Source: Chloroflexota bacterium
GTDB taxonomy: Bacteria > Chloroflexota > UBA11872 > VXOZ01
Direction of reading: 5' to 3'
DNA: 64,000 nucleotides
Assembly: GCA_963663275.1 (NCBI GenBank)
Contig: OY760183.1
Coordinates: 480,001 to 544,000 of the forward strand
The translations under genes and the position numbers were made by a program. The notes beneath the pieces are model-generated. The model had not been told where the DNA came from, ran no database searches, and saw nothing but the letters and a program-made list of their open reading frames with translations. Shown in pieces: positions 1 to 10,920 of this stretch (position 1 is its first letter; the number at the start of each line of letters is the position of its first letter).

Positions 1-154
1 CCACCCAAATAAGGCCTTGGGTGTGTGTTTGCATAGCCTTCGATGTGTATTGAAGGATGTTCTTGAACCCACAAGAGCCGTTCGTAGTGAACCCGTCTGT
101 CCTCAGCATGTCTGTTCTGAGGATGTCGAAGGATCTAAGGAAAACTCCCCGCCT

Positions 155-2113
155 CTATTCCGGCTCTCTGCCAGGAAACTGCCCGGGGCCTTGAAAGCCG
201 GGTCTCCCTCTGCCGCCCGGTCTGCGGCCGCGGCCAAACGGCGGCATGGGCGGGCCGCCGTCGGGGCCGGCATCGGAGGCTTCACCGGCGGCTACTGCTT
301 CCGGCTCGGTGCGGAACTGGATGCTGTGCAGTTTGGCGTACAGGCCGCCTTTTGCCAGCAGTTCCTCGTGGGTGCCGGACTCCACCGCCCGGCCCTCGTC
401 CAGCACCAGGATGCGGTCGGCGGCGCGCACCGTGGAGAGCCGGTGGGCGATGACGAAACTCGTGCGGCCCTGGCGCAGCGTGTTGAGCGCGGCCTGGATC
501 AGCTCTTCCGACTGCGAATCCAGCGAGGACGTGGCCTCATCCAGGATGATGATGCGCGGGTTCTTCAGGAAGACGCGGGCAATGGCCACGCGCTGCTTCT
601 CGCCGCCGGAGAGCCGGAAGCCGCGCTCGCCCACCACCGTCTCATACTTTTCCGGCAGGCCCTCGATGAATTCGTGGATCTGCGCCGCTTTCGCCGCCTC
701 AATCACATCTTCTTCAGTCGCTTCCGGATTCGCGTAGAGCAGATTCTCCCTTAGCGACGTGTGGAACAGGAACGGCTCCTGGGTCACCACGCCCACGTGC
801 CGCATCAGCGAGAGGTATTGCAGGTCGCGCAGGTCATAGTCGTCCAAGCGCACCTGGCCGTTCACCGGATCGTAGAGGCGTGGAATGAGGTACGTCAGCG
901 TCGTCTTGCCCGCGCCGCTGGGTCCCACCAGGGCGATCATCTCGCCCGGCTCCGCCGTAAACGAAATGCCCGCCAGCGCCCACGCCGCCTCGTCGTTGTA
1001 GCGGAACCACACGTCCTCGAAGGACACTCGGCCCTGCACCGTGGTAACTTCCCGCGCGTCCGGCGTATCGAAGATCTCCGGCTCCATGTCCAGGTAGCCG
1101 AAGATGCGGTCGAACAACGCCATGGCGCCCTGCACGTCCACGTAGACGTTCGCCAGTTGGGACGACGGGCCGTAGAGGTTCCGCAGAAAGGCGACGAAGG
1201 CGACGATGGTGCCCAGGGTCAAATCCCCTTGCATCACCTGGCGGCCGCCAAACCAATAGATGGCCGCCGGCCCGATGGAGGCGAACAGCCCCAGGAACAT
1301 GAAGAACCAGCGGCCCACCATGGCCTGCTTGATGTTCAGGCGCAGCAATTCCCGTCCGATGCCGCGAAAGCGCGAGTCCGCCCGCTGCTCGCCGGAAAAG
1401 GTGCGCATCAGCAGGTAGCCGCTGATGTTCATCATCTCGTGCAGGAAGGCGCTGAGGTCGGCCTGCTTCTCCTGCGTCTCCCGCGAGACCTGCCGCCGGT
1501 AGCGCCCCACCCGGCGCGTCGGCAGCACGAACGCCGGTGTGACGATGAGCGCAATCAGCGCCAATTGCCAGTTCATGACGAAGAGCACGATAATCGTGCC
1601 CACTACGGTAAAGACGTTCGTGATGATCGAGATGATGGTGCCGGCGATGACGCTCTGCACGCCGGCGACGTCGTTGTTGATGCGCGAGATGATCTCGCCG
1701 CTGCGGGTCTTGGTGAAGAAGCGCAAGGACATGCGCTGCATGTGCCGGAAAAGCTGCTTGCGCAGGTCGTAGACGATGCGCTGGCCAACCAGGGCGTTCA
1801 GATAGCTCTGCAGCACGCTGATCAGGCCGCCAAGGAACGGTAGCGCCACCATGCCGATGACCAACAGGTTGAGCAGGCCGAAGTCTTTAGCGGGTAAGGC
1901 GGTGTCGATGACGCTGCGTATCAGCAGCGGCGGGATCAACCCCAGCCCGGTGACGGCCAGCACACAGATGAGAATGACGATTTCGTGCGGCCAATACGGC
2001 ACGAGATAGCCGAAGACGCGGCGCGCGCCGGCCGCCGTCAACTCCACCTTGGGCTGGTCTTCGTCTGACCGATACGGGCGGTTCATTTGCCACCCGCCGC
2101 CGCCGAACATCAT
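155..2113 (-). CDS. ABC transporter, fused TMD + ATP-binding (MsbA/MdlB-like exporter)
   Basis: Multi-TM N-terminus, Walker A GPSGAGKT, signature LSGGEKQR, Walker B IIILDEATS, IAHRLST. Confidence 0.95.
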   Translation of the reverse strand: MMFGGGGWQMNRPYRSDEDQPKVELTAAGARRVFGYLVPYWPHEIVILICVLAVTGLGLIPPLLIRSVIDTALPAKDFGLLNLLVIGMVALPFLGGLISVLQSYLNALVGQRIVYDLRKQLFRHMQRMSLRFFTKTRSGEIISRINNDVAGVQSVIAGTIISIITNVFTVVGTIIVLFVMNWQLALIALIVTPAFVLPTRRVGRYRRQVSRETQEKQADLSAFLHEMMNISGYLLMRTFSGEQRADSRFRGIGRELLRLNIKQAMVGRWFFMFLGLFASIGPAAIYWFGGRQVMQGDLTLGTIVAFVAFLRNLYGPSSQLANVYVDVQGAMALFDRIFGYLDMEPEIFDTPDAREVTTVQGRVSFEDVWFRYNDEAAWALAGISFTAEPGEMIALVGPSGAGKTTLTYLIPRLYDPVNGQVRLDDYDLRDLQYLSLMRHVGVVTQEPFLFHTSLRENLLYANPEATEEDVIEAAKAAQIHEFIEGLPEKYETVVGERGFRLSGGEKQRVAIARVFLKNPRIIILDEATSSLDSQSEELIQAALNTLRQGRTSFVIAHRLSTVRAADRILVLDEGRAVESGTHEELLAKGGLYAKLHSIQFRTEPEAVAAGEASDAGPDGGPPMPPFGRGRRPGGRGRPGFQGPGQFPGREPE

Positions 2114-2129
2114 ACGCGCCGCTCCCTAT

Positions 2130-2217
2130 CTCTTGTCCCTTAGTGTGCCTGCTCTTGCCCCTTGCTGTGCCTGCTCTTGTCCCTTAGTGTGCCTGCTCTT
2201 GTCCCTTGCTGTGCCTG
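2130..2217. repeat. 22-bp tandem repeat x4 just upstream of the ABC transporter start
   Basis: CTCTTG[T/C]CCCTT[AG/GC]TGTGCCTG four times. Confidence 0.9.
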
Positions 2218-2235
2218 AACGGAGTGTCCTAAAGT

Positions 2236-2415
2236 CCCGCGCGGGTTCCCATCCCCGGTTGCGCAGGTTCCAATCTCCCGGTAACGCAGGCTCCTACCCC
2301 CGGTTGCGCGGGTTCCCTATCCCCGGTTGCGCAGGTTCCATTTCCGCGGCAGCGCGGATTGCATTCCCCGGTAGCGCAGGTTCCTACCTCCGGTAGCGCA
2401 GGTTTTTAACCTGCG
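2236..2415. repeat. Degenerate tandem array of half-REP units ending in a full GTAG REP
   Basis: Repeated CCCCGGT[T/A]GCGC[A/G]GGTTCC, ending in GTAGCGCAGGTTTTTAACCTGCG. Confidence 0.75.
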
Positions 2416-2534
2416 TCTCTTCCGCATGGCGTCCCACCGCCGGGCCAGCACAACGCCCGCAACCCTTCTCTATCCATATTAACCATTACGTGAATGTTGC
2501 ACAATGCCGCCAAATGACGCTGCGCGCACCGTTA

Positions 2535-2835
2535 GAGAACTTTGCGTAACTCCGTCATTCCGGTGAAAGCCGGAACCCAGGGCGCTTTTCCCAATCAAAA
2601 GTAGCCTAAACTCAAGCCTTTTCACCCCCATCCCAGCCTTCCCCCTCAATGGGCTGACAAGGGTATGTAAGTGTCATTCCGAGCGCAGCGAGGAATCTAG
2701 AATTGCTGGAATTGCGGCTCCCCGCTCTAGATTCCTCACTCCGCTGCGCTCCGTTCGGAATGACACGTGAAGTCGATTATAGAGTACACACCCCAGTCAG
2801 CCCCTCAATGGGGAAGGAATTATGCAAAGGTATAC
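2535..2835. mobile_element. MITE type A with nested MITE type B (2651-2803)
   Basis: Ends GAGAACTTTGCGTAAC...TTATGCAAAGGT; inner GGGCTGAC...GTCAGCCC flanked by a CTCAAT duplication. Confidence 0.75.
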
Positions 2836-2838
2836 GTT

Positions 2839-2983
2839 GGAGATTTCCCCCTGCGCGCCGTTGGGAGATTTCACCATGCGCAACCTTGGGAGATTTCACC
2901 ATGCGCACCGTTGGGGGAAATTCCCATGCGCACCGTTGGGAATTTCCCATGCGCGCCGTTGGGTACTTTCCTCCTGCGCGCCG
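2839..2983. repeat. ~24-25-bp degenerate tandem repeat x6
   Basis: GATTTCACCATGCGCACCGTTGGG-like units. Confidence 0.8.
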
Positions 2984-3112
2984 CCACGCCGCTAGCGCGC
3001 GTGGATCACGCCGTTCGTGCTGAGCTTGTCGAAGCATGAACGGCATAATCGCACCGCGCGGGAACCGGCCCTCACGTCTATCGTCTCGTCAGGCAATCGT
3101 ACAAAAGGCAAA

Positions 3113-3142
3113 ACACGCCCCGGCATTACAACCGGGGCGTGT
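3113..3142 (-). terminator. Rho-independent terminator after the cysS operon
   Basis: 11-bp stem ACACGCCCCGG/CCGGGGCGTGT followed by a T-rich run on the minus strand. Confidence 0.75.
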
Positions 3143-3240
3143 CTCTTACTCTTGACTATTCCTAGCGGACTCCTACCGGACTTCCACACCCAACCGTCAG
3201 CACTGCGCAACTCCTTCCGTGCCTTCTCGCGTCGTTGCCG

Positions 3241-4656
3241 TTACGCCTTGCGCCGCCAGACCGTGCCGCCGGGGGAATCCTCCAGCGTGATGCCCAACGC
3301 CGCCAGTTCGTCCCGCACCTTGTCCGCCAGCGCAAACTGCTTCTCCTTGCGCAGGTCGGCGCGCAGTTCCACCAGCAGGTCGATGAACCCGGCGGCGTCG
3401 CCGTCGCCGGCTGCCATCTCCGCCTCCAGCATCTCTTGCAGGTCGACGCCCAGCACGTCGGCCAGGTTCACCAGCGTCTCCTGGGCGGCTTGCAGGGTCT
3501 CCGGCTGCGCGGCCGGGCCCAGGCGGTTGATCTCGCGCACCAGTTCGTAGAGGCGGCCCAGCGCGCCGGCCGCGTTGAAATCGCTATTCATTGCGTCGAA
3601 GAAGCCGGTTCTCGCCTGCGCCGTAGCCTGGGCAAGCGCAGTGTCCGTGCCGCCGTCGCCGCCGGACTCCACGCGCAGCGCGCCGGTCAGCCGCGCCATG
3701 CCCGCCCGGGCCTGTTCCAGGCTCTCCGGCGTATACGTCAGCGGCGAGCGGTAGTGCACCGAGAGCAGGTAGAGCCGCAGCACCGGCCCGCTGTACTCTT
3801 CCAGGATGTCCTCGATCGTGATGAAGTTCCCAAGTGAATGCGCCATCTTCTGGCCGTTGATGGTCAGCAAACCGGTGTGCAGCCAGTACTTTGTGAACGG
3901 GCGTTTCTCCGTAAAGGCCTCGCTCTGCGCGATCTCGTTCTCGTGATGGGGAAAGATCAGGTCCGCGCCGCCGCCGTGGATGTCGATCTGCGCACCCAGG
4001 GTGGCGTATATCATCGTGCTGCACTCGATGTGCCAGCCGGGACGCCCCTGGCCCCAGGGGCTTTGCCACCAGGGTTCGCCCGGTTTTGCCGGTTTCCACA
4101 GGGCAAAATCGCGCGGGTCGCGCTTGCCCGGCTCGTCGTCAACCCGACCGGAGGCCCCCGCTTGGATGCCGCTCTCCTCGGTGCGTGTGGAGAGCGCGCC
4201 GTACGGAGCGAAACCCGGCACCGAGAAGTAGACCGCCTCCTCGGCCACGTAGGCTGCCCCCTTCTCGACCAACCCCTCGATCATCGTGATGATCTGCGGC
4301 AGGGTCTCGGTCACCTTGGGGAACTCGTGGGCGCGCAGGACGTTCAGGTTGCCCATCACCGCGTCGTAGGCGTCGGTGTACACCCGCGCCACTTCATCCG
4401 GCGTCACGCCCTCGCGCTCAGCCGCCTCGATGATCTTATCGTCCACGTCGGTGATGTTCTGCACGTGCTCGACTTCGTAGCCCTGGTACGCCAGGTAGCG
4501 CCGGATCATATCCATGGCGACGAAGAGGCGGGCGTGACCGATATGCGGTTCGCGCTTGGGCGTCATGCCGCAGACGTACATCTTGACCTGCTTGCCGTCC
4601 AGGGGCGCGAACGGCTCTCTTTGGCCGCCGAGGGTATTGGAAATACTAAGCGTCAC
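3241..4656 (-). CDS. cysS: Cysteine--tRNA ligase
   Basis: [35 protein letters not shown] (KMSKS-like); GTG start after GGAG. Confidence 0.97.
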   Translation of the reverse strand: MTLSISNTLGGQREPFAPLDGKQVKMYVCGMTPKREPHIGHARLFVAMDMIRRYLAYQGYEVEHVQNITDVDDKIIEAAEREGVTPDEVARVYTDAYDAVMGNLNVLRAHEFPKVTETLPQIITMIEGLVEKGAAYVAEEAVYFSVPGFAPYGALSTRTEESGIQAGASGRVDDEPGKRDPRDFALWKPAKPGEPWWQSPWGQGRPGWHIECSTMIYATLGAQIDIHGGGADLIFPHHENEIAQSEAFTEKRPFTKYWLHTGLLTINGQKMAHSLGNFITIEDILEEYSGPVLRLYLLSVHYRSPLTYTPESLEQARAGMARLTGALRVESGGDGGTDTALAQATAQARTGFFDAMNSDFNAAGALGRLYELVREINRLGPAAQPETLQAAQETLVNLADVLGVDLQEMLEAEMAAGDGDAAGFIDLLVELRADLRKEKQFALADKVRDELAALGITLEDSPGGTVWRRKA

Positions 4657-5335
4657 GGCAGCGCTCCAACGTCTCCTCGCGCTCCGCCGGCGCGTCGTTT
4701 TCTTCATAGCACGCCAGCCGCGCCTCAAGGTCGGCAACACGTTTCTGCAGGGCGTAGAGCGCCTCCGCCATCGGGTCGGGCTGCACCACCCGCGCGCTCT
4801 CGCCGGTGTGCGGGTCGCGCATCGCCACCACGTGGCCCGGCACGCCCACCACCGTGGCGTGGGGGGGCACGTCGTTCAAGACCACCGCGCCCGCGCCGAT
4901 CACGCACTCTTCACCAATCGTCACCGGCCCCAGGACTTTCGCGCCCGCGCCCACGACGACATTGTCGCCCACGGTGGGATGGCGCTTGCCGGTGTGCAGC
5001 GTCTGCGCGCCCAAGGTCACGCCTTGGTAGAGCGTCACGTTCCGGCCCACTTGCGCGGTCTCGCCAATCACCACGCCCATGCCGTGGTCGATGAAGAGCC
5101 CCGGACCCAGTTGCGCGCCGGGATGAATCTCGATGCCCGTCAGGAAGCGGGCGACGTGGGAGAGAAAGCGCGGCAAGACCGGAATGCCCGCCTGCCAGAG
5201 CGCGTGCGTCAGCCGATAGAACCAGATCGCGTGCACGCCCGGGTAGGCCAATACGATTTCGATTACGTTGCGGGCGGCAGGATCGCGCTCCAGGGCTGCC
5301 TCGATGTCCTGCCGCAGCATGGGGACTATGCTCAT
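4646..5335 (-). CDS. cysE: Serine O-acetyltransferase
   Basis: [33 protein letters not shown], hexapeptide repeats. Confidence 0.96.
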   Translation of the reverse strand: MSIVPMLRQDIEAALERDPAARNVIEIVLAYPGVHAIWFYRLTHALWQAGIPVLPRFLSHVARFLTGIEIHPGAQLGPGLFIDHGMGVVIGETAQVGRNVTLYQGVTLGAQTLHTGKRHPTVGDNVVVGAGAKVLGPVTIGEECVIGAGAVVLNDVPPHATVVGVPGHVVAMRDPHTGESARVVQPDPMAEALYALQKRVADLEARLACYEENDAPAEREETLERCRDA

Positions 5336-5440
5336 ACGTTGTTTTCCTCGTTTCAACACTGCGTTTGCGGCGCGGCGCGCCGCCGTCGTCACCGGCGCGC
5401 GGCCGGACGGCGTGTGCCGGCGCGCGCTCGCCAAACGCCC

Positions 5441-6031
5441 CTAGCGGGGCGAGATACACGCGCAGTCTTGCAACGAGGGATCATGCGCCAGCAGGGCCAC
5501 GGCGTGCGCGGCGATGCCCCGGCCGGCGCCGATTGCGTCCAAACCTTCGGTCGTGGTGGCTTTTATGCCTACGTTCACCGTCTCTACCCCCAGCTTCCGA
5601 GCGATGGCGGCTTGCATCTCCGGTATGAAGCCCGCCAGCCTGGGCGCTTGCGCCAAGATTGTACTATCTACGTTCACTATGCGCCACTGCCTTTCAGCCA
5701 GTAGCCTAAGCGCATCGCCTAACAATTGCAAGCTATCCGCGCCCGCGTACCGCGGATCGTCGGCGGGAAACTGGCGGCCGACGTCGGGCAGCGCCGCCGC
5801 GCCGAGCAGCGCGTCGATGATGGCATGAACCAACACGTCCGCGTCGGAGTGGCCGGCAAGACCCCGTTCATAGGGCACGCGCACGCCGCCAATCACGAGG
5901 GGACGGCCGGGGACGAGCCGGTGGACGTCGTAGCCGATGCCGATGCGCAACGCGGGGAGCGCGGGCGCTTGCGCCGCCGTCTCGCTTTCACCCTGAGCGG
6001 CAGGCGATGTGTCCGCCGGCGCTGCCTCCAT
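5441..6031 (-). CDS. ispF: 2-C-methyl-D-erythritol 2,4-cyclodiphosphate synthase
   Basis: RIGIGYDVH, GHSDADVLVHAIIDALLGA, KATTTEGL. Confidence 0.96.
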   Translation of the reverse strand: MEAAPADTSPAAQGESETAAQAPALPALRIGIGYDVHRLVPGRPLVIGGVRVPYERGLAGHSDADVLVHAIIDALLGAAALPDVGRQFPADDPRYAGADSLQLLGDALRLLAERQWRIVNVDSTILAQAPRLAGFIPEMQAAIARKLGVETVNVGIKATTTEGLDAIGAGRGIAAHAVALLAHDPSLQDCACISPR

Positions 6032-6736
6032 TTAAGCGTCTCCATCGCTCCGCTGCGCCCGCCATTGGGCGAACGCCAGGTCCGTTGGCGTGGTAATTTT
6101 CATGTTACCATAGTCCCCCGCGAAGACATGGACGGACGCGCCGGCGGCCTCCACCACCGCCGCGTCGTCGGTAAAAGCCGCCATGTTCGGCCCGTGTGCG
6201 GCGTACGCGCGCTCCAGCAAGGCGCGGGCAAAGACCTGCGGCGTCTGCACGGCCCGCAGGCTGTCGCGCGGCAGCGTCTCCAGGGCGCGCTCGTTTCCGT
6301 CAACGCGCTTGATGGTATCGGCGCAGGCAATGCCGGGAACCGCCGCGCCGTGGCGCCGCGCCGCCGCCAGCCCGCGCGCGATGAGTTCCGGCGTGACGAA
6401 CGGGCGCGCCGCGTCGTGCACGGCCACGTAGGCCGCCGGCGTCCCTTGCAGCGCCCGCAGGCCGTTGGCTGCCGAATCGCCCCGGCTGGCGCCGCCCGGG
6501 CACACGGCGCGCACCTTGCGCCAACGGCGCTCTTGTGCCAGTTCCCGGCAGTAGGCGACGCGCTCCGGGGCCGCCACGAGCACGATTGCGCCGACCGCCG
6601 CTGCCGCCTCGAAAGCCTCCACGGTCGCGGCAATCACGGGACGTCCGCCCAGCGGCGCGTAGAGTTTGTCGCGCCCGCTCATACGGCGGCTGCGTCCGCC
6701 GCCGACAATAATCGCCGCCAGCGCGCTATCCGTCAC
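6032..6736 (-). CDS. ispD: 2-C-methyl-D-erythritol 4-phosphate cytidylyltransferase
   Basis: GGGRSRRM..DK, VHDAARP, VQTPQ, TDDA, KITTPTDL; GTG start after GGAGG. Confidence 0.95.
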   Translation of the reverse strand: MTDSALAAIIVGGGRSRRMSGRDKLYAPLGGRPVIAATVEAFEAAAAVGAIVLVAAPERVAYCRELAQERRWRKVRAVCPGGASRGDSAANGLRALQGTPAAYVAVHDAARPFVTPELIARGLAAARRHGAAVPGIACADTIKRVDGNERALETLPRDSLRAVQTPQVFARALLERAYAAHGPNMAAFTDDAAVVEAAGASVHVFAGDYGNMKITTPTDLAFAQWRAQRSDGDA

Positions 6737-7130
6737 GAGCGCGCACCTCCTCCGGAGCGCACACGCAGCCAAGGCCGTAATGGCGTTTTGCGAACCGCTC
6801 CGTCGTATGTGAAAGCGATGAGTAATTCGTTTGGATCACCCATACTTGGATAACCCACATTTGGATAGCCCGCACTCGTCCACCAGTCGCAATCGTTCAT
6901 GTCATTCCGAGCGCAGCGAGGAATCTAGAATTCCCGCTCCACGTAGCCCCATTAGCTCAGCAACGTAGATTCCTCACTGCGCTGCGCTCCGTTCGGAATG
7001 ACATACGTGTTGGCTGTTCGCGGCGCTGGGCGCCCTTGCTCTGCGTGCGCAATCCGTCGGCCATTCATCGGACGCCTATGGAAATCTTCGCGTAACCTCG
7101 CTGAGAGGCAAGCAGTCCCCTCTCCCCGGG

Positions 7131-7270
7131 GAGACCTTTGCATAACCCCTTCCCCATCGAGGGGGAAGGTTGGGATGGGGGTGAAAAAGCTTGACTTCAT
7201 GCAAGCTTTAGTTGTAAAAGCGCTCTGGATTCCGGTTTTCACCGGAATGACGGAGTTATGCAAGGGTCTC
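7131..7270. mobile_element. MITE type A (140 bp)
   Basis: TIR GAGACCTTTGCATAAC...GTTATGCAAGGGTCTC; CCGGG duplicated on both sides. Confidence 0.85.
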
Positions 7271-7544
7271 CCGGGGGAGAGGGTTAGGGTGAGGGGGAAT
7301 TGACCGAAAACTCGCACTCCAGTCTTGCGAAATAGGGCAGAACCGACGAAAATCTCCCTCACCCCGGCCCTCTCCCCAGCAGGGAGAGGGAGTTCTTTTC
7401 GCCTACCGCCCCGGACTTGCAGAGTACTCCTATGGAGACCTTTGCATAACCCCTTCCCCATTGAGGGGGAAGGCTGGGATGGGGGTGACGTAAAATGCCA
7501 ACACTGCCTCGTCTATTGTCCCATCGCGCCTCTCGCGCGACTCG

Positions 7545-9002
7545 TCATTGCGGCGCAACCGCTTTTTCAGCGCCTTGCCCAGCGCCTTCATGGGCCGTAT
7601 CGCCCGCCTCTTTGCGGCCTGCGCGCGGCGCCGTGCCCAACGCCAAGCGGATCGCCTGCCGCACACTCTCGGCGCGGATGAACTCAGGCCGCGCGCCGCC
7701 AAGCGCGCCCAGTTTGCTCGCGCGCGGCAGGAGCACCCGGTTATAGCCGCGCCGCGCCGCCTCCTGCGCGCGCTCTTCCAGCTTGAAGACGCTGCGCAGT
7801 TCACCGGCCAGGCCCACCTCGCCGATCGAGACCATATCCCCCGGCAGCGCCACGTCCGCCGCGCTGGAGGCGATCGCCAGGCAGATCGCCAGATCCACCG
7901 CCGGTTCGTCCAGTTCCAGACCGCCGACCACGTTCACGTAGACGTCCTGGTCGGCCAGGCGCAGGCCCGCGCGCTTGGTGAGCACCGCGATCAGCATGTG
8001 CAGGCGGCTCTGATCGCAGCCGTTCGCCATGCGCCGGGGCACCGCCAGCGGGCTGTACGTCACCAGCGCCTGCACCTCCACCAGCAGCGGCCGCGACCCC
8101 TCCAGCGGCACGGCAACGGCGGAGCCCGGATTCGGCTCCCGCTCCGCCAGGAAGGCCGCCGACGGGTTGGGCACTTCCACCATCCCCCGCTCCTGCATGG
8201 CGAAGATGCCCACTTCGTTCGTAGACCCAAAGCGGTTCTTGGTGGCCTTGAGGATGCGGCAGTTGTGGTGCTGGTCGCCGGCCAGGGCGAGCACCGTATC
8301 CACCATGTGTTCCAGCGTCTTCGGACCGGCCACGGAGCCTTCCTTGGTCACGTGGCCCACCAGGAAGAGCGTGACGCCGGTCTGCTTGGCCAGCGCCACC
8401 AACTGGGAAGCGCACTCCCGCACCTGGCCGATGCTGCCCGGCACGCCGCTCAACTCCGCGCTCGCCAGGGTCTGAATCGAATCGATGATGACCAGCCCGG
8501 GGCGCACCTGCCCGATGGCGTCCAGGATGTCCTCCAGGCCGATCTCGGCCAGCACGTAGAGTTCCTGGGGATCGAGGCCCAGCCGCGAGGCGCGCAGGCG
8601 AATCTGCGCCGCGCTCTCCTCACCGGATACGTAGAGCACCGGCCGCTCGGCGTCGGCCAAGCCGATGGCGAACTGGAGCAGCAGCGTGGACTTGCCAATG
8701 CCCGGATCGCCGGAGAGGAGCACCGCGCTGCCCGGCACCAGGCCGCCGCCCAGCACCCGGTGGAGTTCGCCGATGGACACCGGAATGCGGATCAGGTCGG
8801 TTGGGGCTATGTCCTGGAGTTTCCGCGCGCGCGGCGCGGCGGCGGACGCACGCGCGCCGGCGCCCCGTCCGCGCGGCGGCGCCTCCCGCTGCACGCTCTC
8901 CACCAGGCTGTTCCAGCTTTGGCAGGCCGGACACTGCCCGGCCCACTTAGGGGATTCGTGGCCGCACTGTTCGCAGACGAAGACGCTCTTGGCCTTGCTC
9001 AC
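7545..9002 (-). CDS. radA: DNA repair protein RadA/Sms
   Basis: C4 zinc finger, GDPGIGKST, KNRFG motif, Lon-like C-terminal domain. Confidence 0.97.
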   Translation of the reverse strand: MSKAKSVFVCEQCGHESPKWAGQCPACQSWNSLVESVQREAPPRGRGAGARASAAAPRARKLQDIAPTDLIRIPVSIGELHRVLGGGLVPGSAVLLSGDPGIGKSTLLLQFAIGLADAERPVLYVSGEESAAQIRLRASRLGLDPQELYVLAEIGLEDILDAIGQVRPGLVIIDSIQTLASAELSGVPGSIGQVRECASQLVALAKQTGVTLFLVGHVTKEGSVAGPKTLEHMVDTVLALAGDQHHNCRILKATKNRFGSTNEVGIFAMQERGMVEVPNPSAAFLAEREPNPGSAVAVPLEGSRPLLVEVQALVTYSPLAVPRRMANGCDQSRLHMLIAVLTKRAGLRLADQDVYVNVVGGLELDEPAVDLAICLAIASSAADVALPGDMVSIGEVGLAGELRSVFKLEERAQEAARRGYNRVLLPRASKLGALGGARPEFIRAESVRQAIRLALGTAPRAGRKEAGDTAHEGAGQGAEKAVAPQ

Positions 9003-9318
9003 GCCGCTTCCATTCTCCCGCCGCTGCGCGCTTGCCCTGGACGATGCGCGCCGGGTGAGGCCGCACGCCACACGTGTATTGTAGCGCATGAGCCACCCAG
9101 GGCAGGCGGCGCGGATTCTGCGATTGGACAGGAGCGCATCCGCGCTCCCCGTTCCCCAGTCCTTCCCTGCGCTTTTCGCGGGAAACGCGCGCCGTTAACC
9201 TTGACAGTGCGGCAGGCGCGATTCTATCATCGGATACAGGCTAATCCACTCTTAACTTCCCCTCCCACACCTGCCCTAACCGTGTCGAAGAATTCGACGC
9301 CACGCAAGGACGGCTACC

Positions 9319-10206
9319 ATGGCACAGGTCGCACAAGTTGAGGAACAGGCAACCGCCCCGGAACTCTCGTTCGACCAGCACGAGGACCAGCAGTACAACG
9401 AGCAACTCTATCGCTACGACAACTGCGCCGCCGGCATCGCCAGCATCGACGACTTCACCGAGGAGCACGTCGCGTTCTACCGCGAGACCGGCTATCTCGT
9501 CATCCAGCAGGTGTTTACGCCCGCGGAAGTGGAAGACGCGCTGGCGGGTTTCGTCGATCTGGTGACCGGCGCGTATCCCGACTTTCGCGGCGTGCAGTTC
9601 GAGAACGCCTCCAAGACCTACGTGCGCACCTTATCGCCCGAGCGGCAACTGGATTGCGTGCGCAAGTTGCAGCGGTTCGTGGAATGGGAACCGCGCCTGA
9701 TGGCCATGTCCCAGCACCCCAACCTGCAACGCGTGGTGCGCCGGCTGCTGGACGCCGAACCGGAACTGTTCGCGGACCAAGCCCTGAGCAAACCGCCCGG
9801 CATCGGACGCGAAAAGCCATGGCACCAAGACCACGCTTTCTTCAACCTACCCATGGGCACACCCATCGTGGGCACGTGGACCGCGCTGGACGCCGCCACG
9901 CTGGAAAACGGCTGCATGCACGTGAAACCGGGCACCCACAAAGAGGGGGCGGTGGTGCACTTCCGGCGGCGCGACTGGCAGATCTGCGACGACCACCTTG
10001 ACCTCAATCGCGACGTGGCGGCGCCGCTGTCGCCGGGCGGCGTGCTCTTCTTCGACGGCTTGATGCACCACGGCACACCGGCTAACCGCAGCCAAAGCCG
10101 GCGGCGGGCGCTCCAGTTCCACTTCATTCCGGCGGGCACCCCCCACACGGAACAGGAAGAACGTATGGCGGTGTTCGGCAGCGAGGGCAAAGACGTCGAT
10201 TGCTAA
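9319..10206 (+). CDS. Phytanoyl-CoA dioxygenase family Fe(II)/2OG oxygenase
   Basis: WHQD, WTALD.AT.ENGC, H.T..N.S...RR. Confidence 0.9.
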   Translation: MAQVAQVEEQATAPELSFDQHEDQQYNEQLYRYDNCAAGIASIDDFTEEHVAFYRETGYLVIQQVFTPAEVEDALAGFVDLVTGAYPDFRGVQFENASKTYVRTLSPERQLDCVRKLQRFVEWEPRLMAMSQHPNLQRVVRRLLDAEPELFADQALSKPPGIGREKPWHQDHAFFNLPMGTPIVGTWTALDAATLENGCMHVKPGTHKEGAVVHFRRRDWQICDDHLDLNRDVAAPLSPGGVLFFDGLMHHGTPANRSQSRRRALQFHFIPAGTPHTEQEERMAVFGSEGKDVDC

Positions 10207-10272
10207 GCCCGCAGCCTGAACGAAATCTCCTTAGACAGATTCTTGGCCGGGCACTCGTTCCCTCTCCCTTGA

Positions 10273-10588
10273 GAGACCTTTGCGCAACTCCGTCATGCCG
10301 GCGCAAGCCCGCCCCCGTGCGGGGGCGCAGAATCCAGACCGCATTTACAACTATAGAGAGCGTGATGTCAGGCATTTGCACCCCCATCCCAACCTTCCCC
10401 CTCGATGGGCTGACAGGGGTAGGCACGTGTCATTCCGAGCGGAGCGAGGAATCTAGAACCGACGTTTTTGCAGCGAAAGCCTTAGATTCCTCTCTCCGCT
10501 GCGCTCCGTTCGGAATGACACGTGAAGTCGGACATAGAATACATGCCTCTGTCAGCCCTCGATGGGGAAGGGGTTATGCAAAGCTCTC
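10273..10588. mobile_element. MITE type A with nested MITE type B (10407-10558)
   Basis: Outer TIRs with CTTGA duplication; inner GGGCTGAC...GTCAGCCC with TCGAT duplication. Confidence 0.85.
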
Positions 10589-10920
10589 CTTGAGGAGAAG
10601 GCCGGATAGAGCTACATCCTGCCCCGTTTACCTTACGCACTTCCTGGCGCAACCAACCCAGGCATCCGCAAAATCCCCCTGGGCAGAGAGCCGGGGTGAG
10701 GGGAAATCCGGCAGACCGCAGATAGCAAGCCTACGACGACGCGCAGGTTACAAACCTACTCTACCGGGGACACGCAGGTTACAAACCTGCGCTACCAGGG
10801 AACCGCAGACAACCTATGAGACCCCCTCTCCTGGGGGAGAGGGCCGGGGTGAGGGGAAATCCGGCAAACCAAACCAACCATGACCGGAGAACCATGCAAA
10901 CGCTACTTGACCGGAGACCG

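Noticed and set aside
5336-5440. T-box leader upstream of cysE-cysS
   Set aside because: The region is short, and no T-box consensus or terminator is visible.
6952-7461. ORFs reading PLTLTLSP / VIPVKTGIQ / TPIPTFPL in intergenic regions
   Set aside because: These are translations of REP and MITE sequence that recur at many sites, not genes.
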